From Escherichia phage ERS-1: a stretch of 64,000 nt of DNA. The notes under the pieces are model-generated. The model was given only the letters and a program-made list of their open reading frames with translations. It had not been told where the DNA came from and did not search any database. The position numbers were made by a program, and so were the translations under genes. Location: the sequence record PP337211. One strand, written 5' to 3'. Every line of letters begins with the position of its first letter. The first letter of the stretch is position 1. Shown here piece by piece: positions 44,469 through 57,876 of this stretch.

Positions 44469-47400
44469 ACGTGGGTGTCGGCTCACTCGTTTGCGGATCG
44501 CTGCGGGTGTACCCGCTCGACCCCGCAGGAAGTCCGGGCGAACCCCTGGAGAACGATATGCGCCGTGGCAACGACAGCGTCCGTGGACCTCGAAGTGTTG
44601 GCGAGCGTGAGAAAGGGGGCCCTGGTCGACGGCGGCGGTGAGGAGGAAGTCTGGATGCCGGGTTGGTGTCCGCGCGGTCGAGAAGAAGGGCCTGCGGCCA
44701 CCTGGACCGTCACCGAATGGATCGCCGGGTCAGAAGGGGCTGATATGAATGATCGCTGTGCGCTGGGAAGTTCTGGGCGGCGATGATCTGGGAGGCGGTC
44801 CTGGTCTGGCTCCTGGTAGGCGGTTGCCGGTGGACGCCTTCGAGTCCTTGACCTGGCCTCCTGCTGGGCGGCACTTCCTCGGAACGTTGCCCGGTTTCCG
44901 CTGAAGGAGGAGGTGAAATGAGCGAACGTCAAGACCGCCTGGGACCGCCGCGATGTTGGGCTGGCCGGTCGTCGCGGGCTGGAAGGGGTGATCAAGGTCG
45001 GAGCCGTCCTGGTCGGCCGGGCGGTGGCGCGGCTTCGACCGGGTTCAACGGCTTCCCGCCCGGTGCGATGACTCGCCGGAGCTGTACGCTGACCGCGGTG
45101 TACCTGCCGTCGGTGGCGGAGGCGTTGGCTCTTTAGGCTCGCCTGCGACGGCTTCGCTCTACATTCTTTCCCTGCTGTCCGAACTGTATGGAGGCCGCGG
45201 GGAAGGCGGGCGTGAAGCGGGTCGCCTTCCCGGTCGACTACGGGCTGCGATCCGGGGTGGGTTGCTGAGTGGAATTCGACGGTTGATGAGGCTTTGGAAG
45301 TCGCCCGCCGTTAGGGGTTGAAGCGAGGTGGGTAGATGTCTGAAGCCGGGCGCGGGACTCCCTCCGCCCCGTCATCCGGTCGCTGGACCCGGTGCGCGTG
45401 GAGAACCCCTTTCGCGCCCGGGACCCCGGATGTGAACTATGCCGGGCTGGATTGAATTGAAGTTCGCTGAACGCTGGCCGCCCTGGGCGGACCGCTTCCG
45501 AGTGGACCGACTCCACCTGCCCAGCACCTGGCTCACCCGTCGCCGGGTGCCGGGGCCGGGCCTTCCTCCTGCTGAAGGTCGGGAGACGGAGTGGTTGCTG
45601 ATTCGATGGAGCGGTGGCCGCTGCGACGCCGGGCCGGGTTCCGCGAGAACGCCTGTATGAGGTCTGCGCTGCCGTTGGATGCCTTCCAGAAATGAGGAGA
45701 TTTGTAAATGTCGCCGCGGTGAGGCGGGCGGAAGGTGAAAGCCCACCGCTACACCGCCGCTGGCAGGGTTGAACCAAATTGAGGCCGCGAAGGAGTACGG
45801 GGTCCTTGCACCGCTACCGTGATGGGAAGCGGACCGCCGCCTGGACGATGAACCGTGCCTGTCCCGGCGAGGTCCGAGCCCGAGGTCTGCTTGCTGTTCC
45901 GCCGCCGCTCGGGCAAGACCTGCGCGAAATCGCCGCCGCTCTGGGCTGACTCGCCTCGGGTTGTCCAGATGGCAGGACGGAAAGCGCCGGTTGAGCGCCT
46001 TCGTGAATATTGGGGCTTTTGAGGGGGATCGGAAATGGCGGAACTGCCGAAGTGGAGACGAGGATGGTTGACTTCCTGAAGAAGCGGTGCCGGAGGGGCC
46101 GTGGGTCCTGACGGCCATCGTCCGGACGGGAAAACGGAGACGGTACCGTCTTGTTGCCCACTGCTTAAGGCCGCGGAGTGGATCGAGGGCATCAGGGCAA
46201 GCGGGCCCCGGATACTTCCTCGCCAACCCGGCTCCGCCGGGCGATGGACGTGAAAGCCTCGAAGGAGGGATGGCCCGCCTCGCCTGGCTTCGCGTCCACC
46301 CCGCGAGCCGGGAGGACTTCGAGGAGGAGCGGGCGCGGGCGCTCAGCTGCTCCGGTCTGACCGCCGGAGCCGGCGGTCATCGTTGACTCGGGCGGGGGCT
46401 ATCCGGGCTTTTGGCGTCGAACCCGTCCGAGGCCTGGAGATTGCTGGATCGGCGGCGAAGGCTGGAGCTGGAAGCGTAGGTGTTCGGCTGGAGAAGGTGT
46501 TTCAGGCGGACCAGTTGCCGGCCACGTGGACCGCATCATGCGCCTCCCGGGCGATCAACATGCCCCGCGAAGAAGGTGGAGAAGGGTCGCCTGCCGACCC
46601 TCGCCCGTCTGCGTGGAGTGGAATGAGGCCGCTACCCCATCGAGGTTTACCCCCGCGGTTCGAGTCCAGATGGCGGAGCAGGGCCTGGCCGGGGGCCGTC
46701 CGAAGGTGAGATTGGGGCACGTCCGGAGGTTCGGGGACGGAGGAGCTGCGGAGCGGGCCCTTTAGGCGCAAGGCCATCCGTTACCCGCGCTGGCGCTGAT
46801 CGCTACTGGGCAGGGACCCGCCGGACCGACCAAGTACCCCTCCCGGTCGGAAGCCCTGTTCGGGTGCTCGCTGCGACCTCGTGCGGGCGGAGGTCCCTGA
46901 TGAACGACTTCGCGGGTGATCGCCGGCTTCGGCGAAATCGCCGCGCAGCCTGTCCGGTAGGGCCCAACTGGGAAGGCTACGCCTGCGGGGGTTCGAACGT
47001 GCCCTTGAGGAGGCGGTGCACCCTCGGCCTGGGCGGACCAGAAAGCTCGCCGTCGGTGGAGGTTGGCGGAAGTGCCGGGCGGTGAGGTCTGGGACCCGGC
47101 GATGAAGCGGTACGGGTCTGGGGGTCCTTCGAGGACTTCCGGCACGCTACCGCCGGAGGTAGTGGTTGGTCGGAGGAGGGGGTAGCCGTTGAGAAGGCCG
47201 CGGGAGCCTTCTGGATCGATCACCCGTGCTGCCCGGCACGAGACGGTTGGTTCGCCCCCGGCCTGAGGTCGAAGAAGCCTATGCCTCTGGCGCGGGTTCG
47301 CGCGCGATCCTCCCGGCGAGAGCTGCGCCCTCCCGGCACCTTCGTGAGGGCGCCGCCGGGGAACCCGGCTACCACGGTCACCTGGTCGGGTGGATGGCGC

Positions 47401-48139
47401 GGATGGTCCCGTTGCACGGCCCGGCGAGTGGCCGTGGTCCTCCGCGGTCGCCGCGGGCCGGGTTCTCTTCCTTCGCCGGTAGTCCTGGCGCGATGTTCGG
47501 GGGCGTCACGACTTCCGGCTTGCGACGAGCTGGTGGGCTCCTCAAACGCTTACCTTTGCATACCGTCCTGCTGTTCGGTGATGAGGCTTTCTTCGCCGGG
47601 AGGAGGCGAAAGCGTGCCGAGACCTCGCGACCGAAGAACGCCTGGTGATCGAGGGTAAGGGCGTGGACGCGGAAGCGGCCCCAACCATGTCCCTGGTCCT
47701 CGCCTCGAACGAAGATTGGGCGGTGCCCGCGGGTCTGGATGAACGCCGGTCTTCGTTGGTGGAGGTGGCGAGGGCCCGGTGACCCCGCCTGATTTCAGCG
47801 GTTGGGTGATGATCTGGAGGGCGCAGGACGCAGCCCGCCCCAGCCTTTCTCCCACCTATGACCTGAGCGCCTTCGAGGTTCGCCAGTTAACCGGGCGCTG
47901 CAGGACCAGAAGATCATGAGCATGTCGCCGGAAACCTGTGGATGTATGAGAAGCTGTGGGAGGGCCGGTCGCTCAAAGACCGACCAGGACTGGCGAAGCA
48001 AGGTGGTGAAGGACAGCTGCTGCCGCATGACGACGACGCAACGACCTCCGCGACCAGGGCCGGAACTTCCGCATGAGCCGCACCCGGCTTCGGCGGCTGG
48101 CTGCCCGGGCCTTCCCGGACGGCTGGCCGCGAAGTGAAA

Positions 48140-48543
48140 TGGCGGAGATCGCTTGGACGGGTCAAGGTTGGCTTCGAGGTGATGATCGAAGAAGCGCGTG
48201 GCCACCACCCGCCGCCGGAGGTGTCCGGCGCCTGGGAGAACTTTGGCGGCCCGTTCGAGTGGCCCGGGGTCCAACCTACCAGGAGCCTCTGAGGACGGCC
48301 CGAAGTCGGAGGCCGTCCCTTCCCAGGATGCCCCCATGAGTGAGCACGCTGTAAGCGACGAAGCGGGAGCTGGAGGGGGCGGGGATCGCCTACACGGTGG
48401 AGCTGGCCGGAGAGGTCAGGAGGCCGCTTCGCCGTGAGGGGGAAAGCCCCGATGGTGACGTGCTCGCGGACTTCCTCCACGTCGCGTGGCCCTCGGTCGC
48501 TCGCCTTCGCGTCTGGTGGAAGACCGCCGCGCGCTGGAATTGA
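48140..48543 (+). CDS. Hypothetical protein (…VKVGFEVMIEEARGHHPPPEVSGAWENFGGPFEWPGVQPT / …KRELEGAGIAYTVELAGEVRRPLRREGESPDGDVLADFLHVAWPSVARLRVWWKTAARWN*)
   Basis: 62 uninterrupted high-GC3 codons to TGA 48,541-48,543; upstream part in -1-shifted frames; 5' end uncertain. Confidence 0.4.
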
Positions 48544-48552
48544 CCTGAACCG

Positions 48553-48583
48553 CTTTACTTCTTCGGACTCTATCACTTCTTTG
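48553..48583 (+). promoter_or_regulatory. Recurrent motif pair CTTTACTTCTTCGG … CTATCACTTCTTTG
   Basis: Begins 10 nt after the stop at 48,541-48,543; same two-part layout as at 15,685-15,721 and 57,883-57,918. Confidence 0.45.
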
Positions 48584-48801
48584 CCAGTTTGAGAAATGAA
48601 CTGGTCCGGCCAGGTCGCGATTCGAGATTGGAAAGGAGCTGACCCTTAAATTAGGAAGAAGCCTTCCGCTGGTGCGGCTTCCCGATCCCGCGCGGTGGGG
48701 GTCCTGGTAAGTTGGGCGAGGACTCGCTGCGCGAAGCCCGTTGCGATTCGAGTTTGAAGTCGGTTCGCCTTCGGGCTATGCGTGGACGCTGACGAGGTTG
48801 T

Positions 48802-49060
48802 GTGACCGCCCGCTGGGCTGCTCCGCTCGCCTTCGCCGTCCTGCTGCTCTGGGGCCTGGCGGGGGTCTTTGCGGACTATCCTGGACCGCCCGGAGGTTTG
48901 TATCAGCTACCTGACCCGGGAGTGTGTGCGCGTGGTGAACGCGGACGGCTCCCCCGGGATCGTGTGGAGCCCTCCCGGACCGCTATGAGCGAGTGTGGGT
49001 GGAGAAGATTCTGTTTCAACCCTGAGAAAGGAGTTGCGCTACGTCTTTTTGGGTAGGGTG
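48802..49060 (+). CDS. Small protein with hydrophobic N-terminus, signal-peptide or TM-like (MTARWAAPLAFAVLLLWGLAGVFADYP…)
   Basis: GTG at 48,802 as in the ORF track; high-GC3, hydrophobic stretch. Confidence 0.35.
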
Positions 49061-49302
49061 CCGCTTCACTCAGCGGTTGTTGCCTTTGGGGTGGCTGAGG
49101 AGAACCCCGGGGCCGTCGGTTTTCGGGACCGGCCTCAAGACGCCATCGCCTCCTCCTCCGCGAGGGCTGCGCATCCCTTCACGCTGGGAGTGCAAGCTGG
49201 AGTTCGGCATCAAGCGGATCGCGTCCGGGTCGATGACTTCAACGTGGTCACGATGAACAACCGCCGTCTGGGCTTCACCACGGAGGTCGGCAAGACCTGG
49301 AA

Positions 49303-49584
49303 GTGTGGCCTTCCGCGAGCTGTATGGCGATGGACGAACGGGGCGAAGTGTTCGAGGCCTGTGAGGTCCCGGAGGTCGCCGCGGACGAAACCGTGATTGT
49401 GGTCCGGGGCGAAAGTTCCTGGATGTCTGGGCTCCCGCTCCACCCTTCCCGTCCTCCTGAACCGCTGGAGTGCGCGAGGCTGTCCGTGCCCTTCCCGGCC
49501 GTCTCGGGTTTCGCGCACGACCGGGGCGCGAGCTACCGGCTGGAGGACCCTTGGGCCGAGGTGTCCGGAAGAAGGTGGACCTGA
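49303..49584 (+). CDS. Hypothetical protein (…MAMDERGEVFEACEVPEVAADETVIVVRGE…)
   Basis: Protein-like high-GC3 segment within ORF 49303..49584. Confidence 0.3.
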   Translation: MWPSASCMAMDERGEVFEACEVPEVAADETVIVVRGESSWMSGLPLHPSRPPEPLECARLSVPFPAVSGFAHDRGASYRLEDPWAEVSGRRWT

Positions 49585-50139
49585 CGGAGGATCGGACCTT
49601 CGGAAGTGGTCCTGGACATGCGCCGCCGTCCGCCGCGGGCTCTGCGAATCCGGCAGGCTCCTCTGATCAAGAAGGCCGCCACCGCGCCCAAGGTGACCTT
49701 CAGCGTGCGCTGGAGTTCGAGGGCGTGGAGCCGTCCTAGCCCTTCCTGGCGACCGTCTCCGAACTCGCCTGCTTCGACTCCTCGCCGCCGCTCCGCGCCG
49801 AAGGCTTCGCGCCTGGACGCATGGATGGCTCCCGCCAAGGAGGCGACCCCGACGCGCCTGAGCGAGCTGGAACGGACCCGGCTGGAGAAGGCCGCGGGCT
49901 TCTGCGAGCGGCTGGGCTTCGCCGTCCAGGAGTACCCGATCCGTTGCTGTGAGTTCCTGGGCGAGGAAGTCCTGGGCCGGCGGCGAGAGGGGGATCAGGT
50001 CCGGGAGCCTGGTCCTTGATGATGGGTACACGCTGGCCGGCACGCTGATCGAGGAGTTTCGCCTTCGCCCCTCCGCTGGACCATGAAACCTGCCGCGGGT
50101 TCCTGATGGACACGTTCGTGTCCTTGGGCGGAACAGACG

Positions 50140-50406
50140 TTGCAGAACCGCTATGAGCTGGAACACGCCCTTCCGTCTCACCGGAGATGCCTGACCGCCG
50201 CCCGGGCCGTCCGCATCCACGGCCACGCCCAGAAGGCGGAGCTGGAACGCGAGTTTCAGGAGCGACTGAACGAACTCGGCGGACGCCCAGGAGCAGACCA
50301 GCCGGGCCTGGCCGGTGCTCTGAACGCCGCGGACCTCCCGATGGAGGAGCTGGGCGAGTGGGAGCTGGACGCGAGCTATTGGATGACCCCGGCTGCGCCT
50401 TCCTGA
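50140..50406 (+). CDS. Hypothetical protein (MQNRYELEHALPSHRR…AQKAELEREFQERLNELGG…)
   Basis: ORF 50140..50406; protein-like composition, one of the few segments without an obvious frame break. Confidence 0.4.
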   Translation: MQNRYELEHALPSHRRCLTAARAVRIHGHAQKAELEREFQERLNELGGRPGADQPGLAGALNAADLPMEELGEWELDASYWMTPAAPS

Positions 50407-53400
50407 GCAAGCGCGAGGCGGAGGACGCCCGCCCCTCCTTGGGCGACCTCCTCCGTCGTTGCACGGCCTCGGCTAGGCACCTCCGAGGAGCCCGACTATG
50501 ACAAGGAGCCCGATCAGAAACCGCTGCCGATCTTCGCCCTCGCCCTGCTGCCCCTCGCCCGCTCGCGGTCCGGAGGACCGCCCCCGCAGAACGCCGGGAG
50601 ACGGTCCGGCGTGCGGGTTGGCGGCTCCTCGCCTCGCCTCGCCCCTCCGTCCCGGGTCCTCCCGGCGGAGGTCGGGGCGAAGCCGGACCCGGCCCGCTTC
50701 GAGCGGCTGGAGTGCTGCCGCGACCCGCCCGACCCCTGGGTGCCGTATCGTTTGCGAACCTCGGAGAAGGGGTCAGAAGATGGAAAACCGGAAGAATTAC
50801 CCGCCTGGGCTGACGAAACCTTCGGCAGTGAAGCACCCGGTGGAAGTCGCCGCCGCGGATGAACGTGGAGGTGGCGGAGCTGGTCGCTGGCCTTGCCACC
50901 GTCGCCGCCGTCCCGGTCGGAGGATGGACCCGGAGCTGGTCCGGGAACTCCGGAAGGAGTGCGCGGACGTGTTCGGTTGCTCGCCCGTCGCGGAGAAGCT
51001 GGACGTGGACCTTTGGGTCTGTGGTGAACTTAGGGATGGGGGTGCACCGCTGCTGGGCTGGACCCGGAGCCCGTCCGGAAGATGTGCGTGGAAACCTTCC
51101 TGGACCCCGGAAGCGGGCTGAAATGGAGCTGGAAGGTTGACCTTCCCCTGCGACTCGGGGCTCTTTGCTGGGCTTCCACTCCGCCGACGTAGCCCTGAAC
51201 TGGGTCGGTCCGCGGCAGGGGATCGCCGCCGAGCGGAGGACGCCGTGGTGCCGACCTTCCGGCCGGGGCTTCTTCGAGGGCCTGACGGGCGTGAAGGTTG
51301 TACCTGGGCCGCGAGCTGCGCGCCTTCTGGAAAGCCGGACCCTGTGCGAAGGAGAACCTGGGACGTCACGATGGCGGGTGTCCAGGCCCGCCTCGGGCGC
51401 AACCCGGAGGACCCCCGCAAGTACCAGGTGACGGTCCTGGTGTATAGCCAGTTTGCCCCGGCCTGAGCCTCCACGGACATTGACCTGGCCAGTGCGCGAG
51501 CCAGCACCCCTTCCAGCCGATCGGGACGGCGGAGCCGCTTGCGCGGAGTACCTGGGGAGAAGTACGGCGACAACGACCCCGCGGCGGCCTCCCGGGATGC
51601 GGTCCGCGCCTTCGGGAGGAGTGCCGCTTGATGGCGGAACTCGCCCGCGACGTACCCGGAGAAGCTGAAGCGCCTCGAAGCCGACGTGGCCAAGCTGTCC
51701 GGTCAGAACCCGGCCCGCCGCGCCGCCTGCGCCACCCGTGGATCCCCGCGGAGAAGCTGCTGCCCGCGGGAAGTCGCGTGGCTGAATCAGCGCCTCGGGA
51801 ACTCGGAGGGCCTGCTGTGACGGACCTGGACGAAGCGGCCCTGGCCGTTCTGTTCGAGGAGTAACCGGTACGCTTTCCGGTCGCGGACTGGGAGGAGTTC
51901 CTGGTCATTGCCCGGGCGTCCTCGCCTCGGAGCGGGTCCGCTGCCGGTCGGCGCTGGGAGTATTTTGTGGAGGACTACCTGGAAGCCGATCTGCGCCGCC
52001 TTCTCCTCGCCGGCGGTTGTCGTTTGCATCGCCCGCCTGGCGATCCCGGGACCGCGACCGCTCCGCTGAAGGAACTCCCGTGGTGGAGACGCCGGGCGCT
52101 GCTCGCCCTCCTCCCGAAGCCGGATGACGAGGGTCCTGATCCGGGGCGGGAGAGGTTGATGATCGAGAGAATGGCACCCGGGCGGCGGTTTTTCGGCAAC
52201 CTACGCCCTGAAGAGGGCGAGGAGGCTGCGCGGGTGCTTGGGCCGCGGCCTTCGAGGCGATTGCCCTGATCCCCTCCGCGAAGCCGGAGGAGGTCCTGGG
52301 TTACCTGGACCTGCGCGTATGGGCGTCCCACCGCGGATGAAGTTCTGACGGTACCCGGTCGCCCGCCGGGTGGAGTTCCGCCGGGCTCGCCTCGCGCGTG
52401 CCCTTCGCGGAGATTCAACGCCAAACCGCCCGCGGGGCCTTCGAGGACTGACCATGATACGCTTTGACAAGTCGAAGCCTACGTGGGCGACTTCCTGAGC
52501 GAACTCCGCGGGACGGGGCCTGGGCGGAACATCGTGAAGGACTCGCCCGCCCAGCTCGGCCCTACCCGGAGCGGGCGCTGTGGACCGGGAGGCGGCTCGC
52601 CTTCCTGGGCGAGCCCGGGACTACCGCCTGGAGCTGCGCCGGATCGAAGGCGGGCACTGGGAGGCGATCCGCGAGGAGCGCGACCCGGACCGCTTCAACC
52701 TGCTGATGAGTCGACCTCGCGTAAGGAGGGCGACGCCATGAAACCAAGACTGAAGCGTAGCGCCCCAAACGGGATGCAGGAGCCGGAAGGCGCAGCGGGT
52801 GCCGCCGGTGAACCTTGACGCGGCGATCGCGGGGCCTCCGCCTTCTCGCCTTCGCCCTGTTCCGTCCGGGCTGTCGTGGAGGCTATCGTGGACCTGCGCG
52901 TAGACGGCCCGGTGTCCGACGGCGACGGCTCCGCGGCGACCTCCTGGGAGGAGCTGGAGCGGTCCTGGGGAGGAGACGGTGGAAGGTATGAGGGCCGGAA
53001 CTTGAAGGAGAACCGGGCTGGGAGCTGTGCTGGCATCGTCCCGGAGGTTCCCTTTGTTGGAAGAGGTGACGGGCTACGCCCGCGCCTGCCCTGGAGGCCA
53101 GAATTCCGTTTCGGGATGCGGGGTACCGAAGGAGTGAGAGATGGATCGGAGCGAGTTCTGAGCTGGCTGCGGAGCCTGTTCGGCGGACGCCCGCCGCCCC
53201 GCCGCCGGAGTCGGACTGATCGCCTGGCCCGGATGATGGCCCCGGGCTTCGAACCTTGGCTGCCCCTACCCGGAGAACTTCCCCTTGGAACTTATCGAAC
53301 TGTGGGGGCGTGGTGAAAAATGATTCGACCGGTGACCTTCTCTGGGCGACCGCCTGGGGTTCGGAGTCGCCCGCCTGGTGCACCCGCCCTCCGGCGGAGG

Positions 53401-53809
53401 CACTGCCTTGTGGCTAAGGTCGAAAACCACCGCCAGTCCTTCCGGATGTCGCGGAATGGCCGTGGCCAGTCCAGTTTGCCCCTGGGCGCGCCTGGTCGCC
53501 CCGCGTCGCCGCCTGGCCCCGCGGCATCGTCCTGATCCAGGAGCGGACGCGACCCCTGCCCCGGCGGCGAACTGCCGAAGGCAGCTGCCCGACTTCTTCA
53601 CCGACCTGAAGCCGGAGAACTTCGGCCTGATCGACGGTGGTGGCGGTGCGGCATACGCCCTCCGCCTCGCCTCCTCGAACCTGGTTGGGGAAGGCGAAGA
53701 TGAAGAAGGTGAAGAAGGACGAATGGCGACTGCCTGACAAGATCCATGCCCGATGGGAACGGAGCTGGGGCGGAAGTGTTGAGGCGACGGCACGCCGCTG
53801 CTGAGTTCG

Positions 53810-54260
53810 GTGATCCGGGCAGGCGCGGCCGACTTCGCGGACGCGATGCGCCTGGAAGTGGAGAAGAAGCGGGCGGAGGGCCGGCGGTTGGACGATCTTA
53901 CCCGGTGCCGGCTGGATTCCCTCGCGGTGATGCTGCTGGATCGCCTGGAGAAGGGCGACCCCGTGGACGGTGCCTTCGCCGGCGCCGCAGACCTACCGCG
54001 GCGACGGAGCGGACGGGTGGGCCCTCCGTCCTCGGGGCGACCTTCCGCGAATGGCTGGATCTCCGCCTGGAGGCCCGGGACATCGTTGCCTCAACCTCCA
54101 AGCCGCTTGGAAGGCCGCGGCCCGGATCGCGGAGCTGGAGGGGATCGCCGGACGCCTCGAAGGCGAGCGCAACGAGGCCCGCCGGTCGCTGGAGGAGGAG
54201 CGGGAGGTGTTCGGGCAGGAGCTGGAGGCGGAGCGGACGCCCGCCGCCGGTCGGAGCTGA
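53810..54260 (+). CDS. Hypothetical protein(s) with a coiled-coil segment (…DFADAMRLEVEKKRAEGRRLDDLTRCRLDSLAVMLLDRLEKGDP… / …AARIAELEGIAGRLEGERNEARRSLEEEREVFGQELEAER…)
   Basis: Two high-GC3 segments in frames offset by -1. Confidence 0.3.
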
Positions 54261-54712
54261 ACCTGGCCCGTGCCGGAGGGGTTCACCGCGTGACGGAAGG
54301 CGAACCGCCGCTGCCGGGAGTGCGGGCGAGGTCGGCGCAGCGGGTCGGAGGTCGGCCGGGCGGTACCGGATCGCCGCGGACCGCGCCTTGACCTGGGCGA
54401 ACCCCGCGACCCCTATCAATTCCGCCGATGGCCCGCCGGAAACCCCGCCGCGGGGAGTACGTCTGCCGCGGGGCCTATCCGGTTCCCGCACCGCTTCGCA
54501 GGCGGTCGCTGCTCGGGCTACTTCATCGCCGTGGAGCAGCGGAGTTGGCACTAGGGGACCGGCGACTGCCGCCTACTGTAACTGCCTCAACCGGACGGAG
54601 GCCGTGCCCACTGCGAAGTGGTGGAGGGCGGCGAGTCGGTCCAGGAATGCCCCGTGTGGCAAGAGTTTGTACGATTCAATGAGATCAAACTGAAGAAGGA
54701 GAAGTGAGATGA

Positions 54713-55030
54713 GTGATGACAACACGATGGACAGGCGTGATGATCGACCTGGAGACGATGGCGACCGGCCCCAGCGCCGGGGTCGTTTGTCGGGGCCATC
54801 CGTCGTTCAACTGCCGAACCGGATTGGTGAAGCCGGACCTGTTCGAGGTGGACGTGGACCTTCACGCCGACGCTGGGCGGCGAGGTCGATGCTTCCGGCG
54901 GTCGGTCTGGCGGGACCAGGTGGACCCTGCCCAGCGCTGGCCGAAGGCGATGCGCTCCGCGCTGACCGACCTCGCCCTCCTGGTCGGGGTACCCGGACCG
55001 AAGCGGGTCTGGGCCGGGGCTGTCCTTTGA
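54713..55030 (+). CDS. Small protein with N-terminal 'GVMIDLET' motif; possible RNase H-like or DEDD-type nuclease (speculative)
   Basis: GAAGGAG SD upstream of ATG 54,709 / GTG 54,713; uninterrupted high-GC3 frame to TGA about 55,028; the 'IDLET' Asp-x-Glu resembles exonuclease motif I. Confidence 0.3.
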   Translation: MMTTRWTGVMIDLETMATGPSAGVVCRGHPSFNCRTGLVKPDLFEVDVDLHADAGRRGRCFRRSVWRDQVDPAQRWPKAMRSALTDLALLVGVPGPKRVWAGAVL

Positions 55031-57244
55031 CGTTGCCATCTAGGGTTACTATCGCCGGCGGGCGTCCCGATCCCCTGGCATACTCCGCGCTGATGCTGAC
55101 ACCCGAACCGTGTATGACCTGGCGAAGGAGCGGGGCTGGTCGAAGCCGGAGGGGGAACGGGGCCGTTCTGCCGCCTGGAGGACTGCCGCTGCCGTACCCT
55201 TGCCGTCCATCAGCGCCCTGAACGTCCTCCGGGGCAGCCTGAAGGAGAACCCGGTAATTGGCTGACGAATCGACTTGAAGGATGGAATTCCCTTCCCCCC
55301 TTGCGGACCGCGAAGTGGCCCGGATCGCGGAGGAGGCGGCGACACACCGCCCGGGAGCCGGCGACTGTGACCTGTGTGGCGAATGGAGCGGGAGGCTGGT
55401 GGAGGAGTCTGTGCGCCCTGTCGGACCGCCCGGGCTTTGCCGGTGAATCGAAGAAGTTGTATGAGGGCTCTACTTCTTGCAGGCCCCCCGCCACTCTCCT
55501 TCGTTGCAGGTACCGGCCTGAAAATGGAGAACGGCGATGACCTGGATTTCCGCCTCCAACCCGACACCCGCGCCACTGCCCCGCTTCGTGGCCGGTTTCA
55601 CTGTCCTCGCCTCTGGCGGTAGCCCTCCGCGACCCTCGGCTACGCCTTCAGCCGCTAGAGCGTGGTTCCTGGCCTGGTCCGGCGACTCTGCATGGCATGC
55701 TGGAGGATGTACCGTGAAGGACGTGTACTGGAACCTGGCCCACTACCCCCGTCTGGAAGGCTCGGGTGCCCCCGCCCTCGCCCTCCGAAGTTCCTGGCGT
55801 CATCCCCGACCGTCGCCCGAATTGAAGCCCTGGGTGGAGTTCCGCGCCCCGAAGGCTGCGCCGGTGGTGAAGGCGGGAGCGCTTCTGCCAGGGGCGCCGG
55901 GTGCCCGCCCCGCGCCCGGGCTGGCCAGTCCTGATGGAGCTGGCAAGCCCTGGTCCGCCGCTGCTCCATGGTCCAGCCCCGCGAAAGTCCGGTCGGCGTA
56001 GGAAGGACGGAACCGATCCTCGCCGGCGAGCGCCTGGGCTCGCCGCGGGCCTTCGACCACCACCCGGGTTGAAGGAGCCCGCGTGTATCTGGAAGGATGA
56101 GCCGCCGCTGGAGGGAAAGGCCCGAGGAAGATGGAAGCGAGTACCAGAAGCGGGAGGGCTCCGGCCCTCCCCCCCGCGGGTCGAAAAAAGTTGTCTGCTG
56201 GGCTGACCTTCTTCGGGTTGGGTCACTTTTTGTTAGGCCGTAGAAATGGAGAACTGAAATCAGCCGACTCCCGCCCAGGTCGCTGCCCGCGAACTGATCG
56301 CAGGCTGGGGCTCGCCTCGCTGGGCGATGTCCGGGTTGTCAAGCCGCTGACCCTCCCGGCCGGAGTACCTCCGCGGCCCGCTCCTTCGCCGGTGACCGCG
56401 CGATCCGCCGGATCGGTGCCGGTCCTCCGCGGGACGTCCCCCTGGCAGCTGATCGGCTTCGGACCTCGCGGAGGTCGCCGGGCCCTCTGGAAGTCGGCTG
56501 CCGTTGACCGGGAGGGCCTGGCTCTCCCCCTCCCGGAGAAGGAGCCCCTTGTGAACCGGTGGCCGCCTTCCCCACCCCCTCCCCTCGTCCCCACTCCTGT
56601 TCATCGGAGTCGGGGAGCTGGGGCTGCTCTTCACCCTCCGCGAGACGGAGCTGAAGGCCGTCCCGGGTCCTGGCCCACGGACGCGGTGGTGAATGGCGTG
56701 TATCGGGGTCCTCCGAGGTCCGTGCTCCCGTGAAGAACCTGAGCCGGGACCGACGAAGCCTTCGAGAAGGCCCGGAAGCCTCTGCAGCGTATGGGCCGAG
56801 CCGGTGACCTCCCGCGACTCCCTGCGCGAGGAAATGAACGCGATTCACCGCGTGACGCTGCGGAGCTGGAGCGCCGGGAGCGCGAGCGGAAGGAGCGCGA
56901 GGACCGCCTGGGCCGCGGAACGGGCCGCGGAGGAGGAGGAGAAGCGCCTGTACCTTCCTGGGCTGGAAGTTTGCCTTCGGACCTACGCGTGGCGAGTTCC
57001 CAGGCCCCGCGGGCTGGCCTCCGCCGGTCGATCCAGCCTCCGGACTTCGAGGAAGGTGGCCTGATGCGCCTGACCGCCCGTGAGGTCGCCCGCCGGGTCC
57101 CTGTCCTCGCCCGCCGAAGCCGAAGCCCGACCTGTACGTGGGCGAGCCGAGAGTGCATCACCTTCGACGTGACCGTGGTGCGCCGTACCCTTGCGCCCGT
57201 GACGCCTGGAACGGCTACGGTATCGAGACGGTCCAGGCGTTGCG

Positions 57245-57603
57245 ATGATCGACCGCGCGACCGGGGCCTGCCTCGTGTCCAAGTCCGGGGCCTTCTACGC
57301 GGAGGAAGGCGAGGAGCTGAAGATCAAGGCCACCGTGAAGGAGCACGCGGAGCACCGCGGCCAGGCCCAGACCGTTGTCCAGCGGGTCGCGGTGCTGGAG
57401 GACTACCGGATGCGCCGGGAACCTCTCAGCTCGCGGTTGTTCGGAGGGCGAGCTGTACGCCGCCTGCACCAGGACCCCCTCACCGGGGCTCTTACGCAGT
57501 GGCCTTTGCCGGAGCCCTCGGGGAGGCCCGGCCGTCGCCCTCGTTGACTGGACTCGCTGAAGTGGACGGGTCACCTGCCCGGGCTTACCGCGTGGGTGAT
57601 TAA
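57245..57603 (+). CDS. Hypothetical protein (MIDRATGACLVSKSGAFYAEEGEELKIKATVKEHAEHRGQAQTVVQRVAVLEDYRMRRE…)
   Basis: ORF 57245..57547; long high-GC3 segment; 3' end uncertain. Confidence 0.4.
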
Positions 57604-57876
57604 GCTTCGCGCTTGGCGGACGCCCTCGTGCGATCCTTCGGAGCTGACCGGGCGTTCCGCGCGTCGGGCGATGAGTTCGCCGTTATGGGTGATAGCCGTG
57701 AACGTCTGCCCGGGCTCGCTTCTCCGCGCGAGGGTCCGGGTTTCTGCTTCGGACGGGGATCGGAGGCGGCGGAGGCGGACGGCGACCTGGCGCGTCGAGG
57801 GGCGGAGGGGGAGCGGTCCGGCCTTCGGGGCCGCGCGAGGGCTCCTCGACCGCCTTGGGGTCGATCATCGACCTCC

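Noticed and set aside
46640-46680. tRNA-like T-loop motif GGTTCGAGTCC
   Set aside because: The flanking bases cannot form a 5-bp T-stem or an acceptor stem and there is no CCA-compatible 3' end; it lies inside coding-like sequence.
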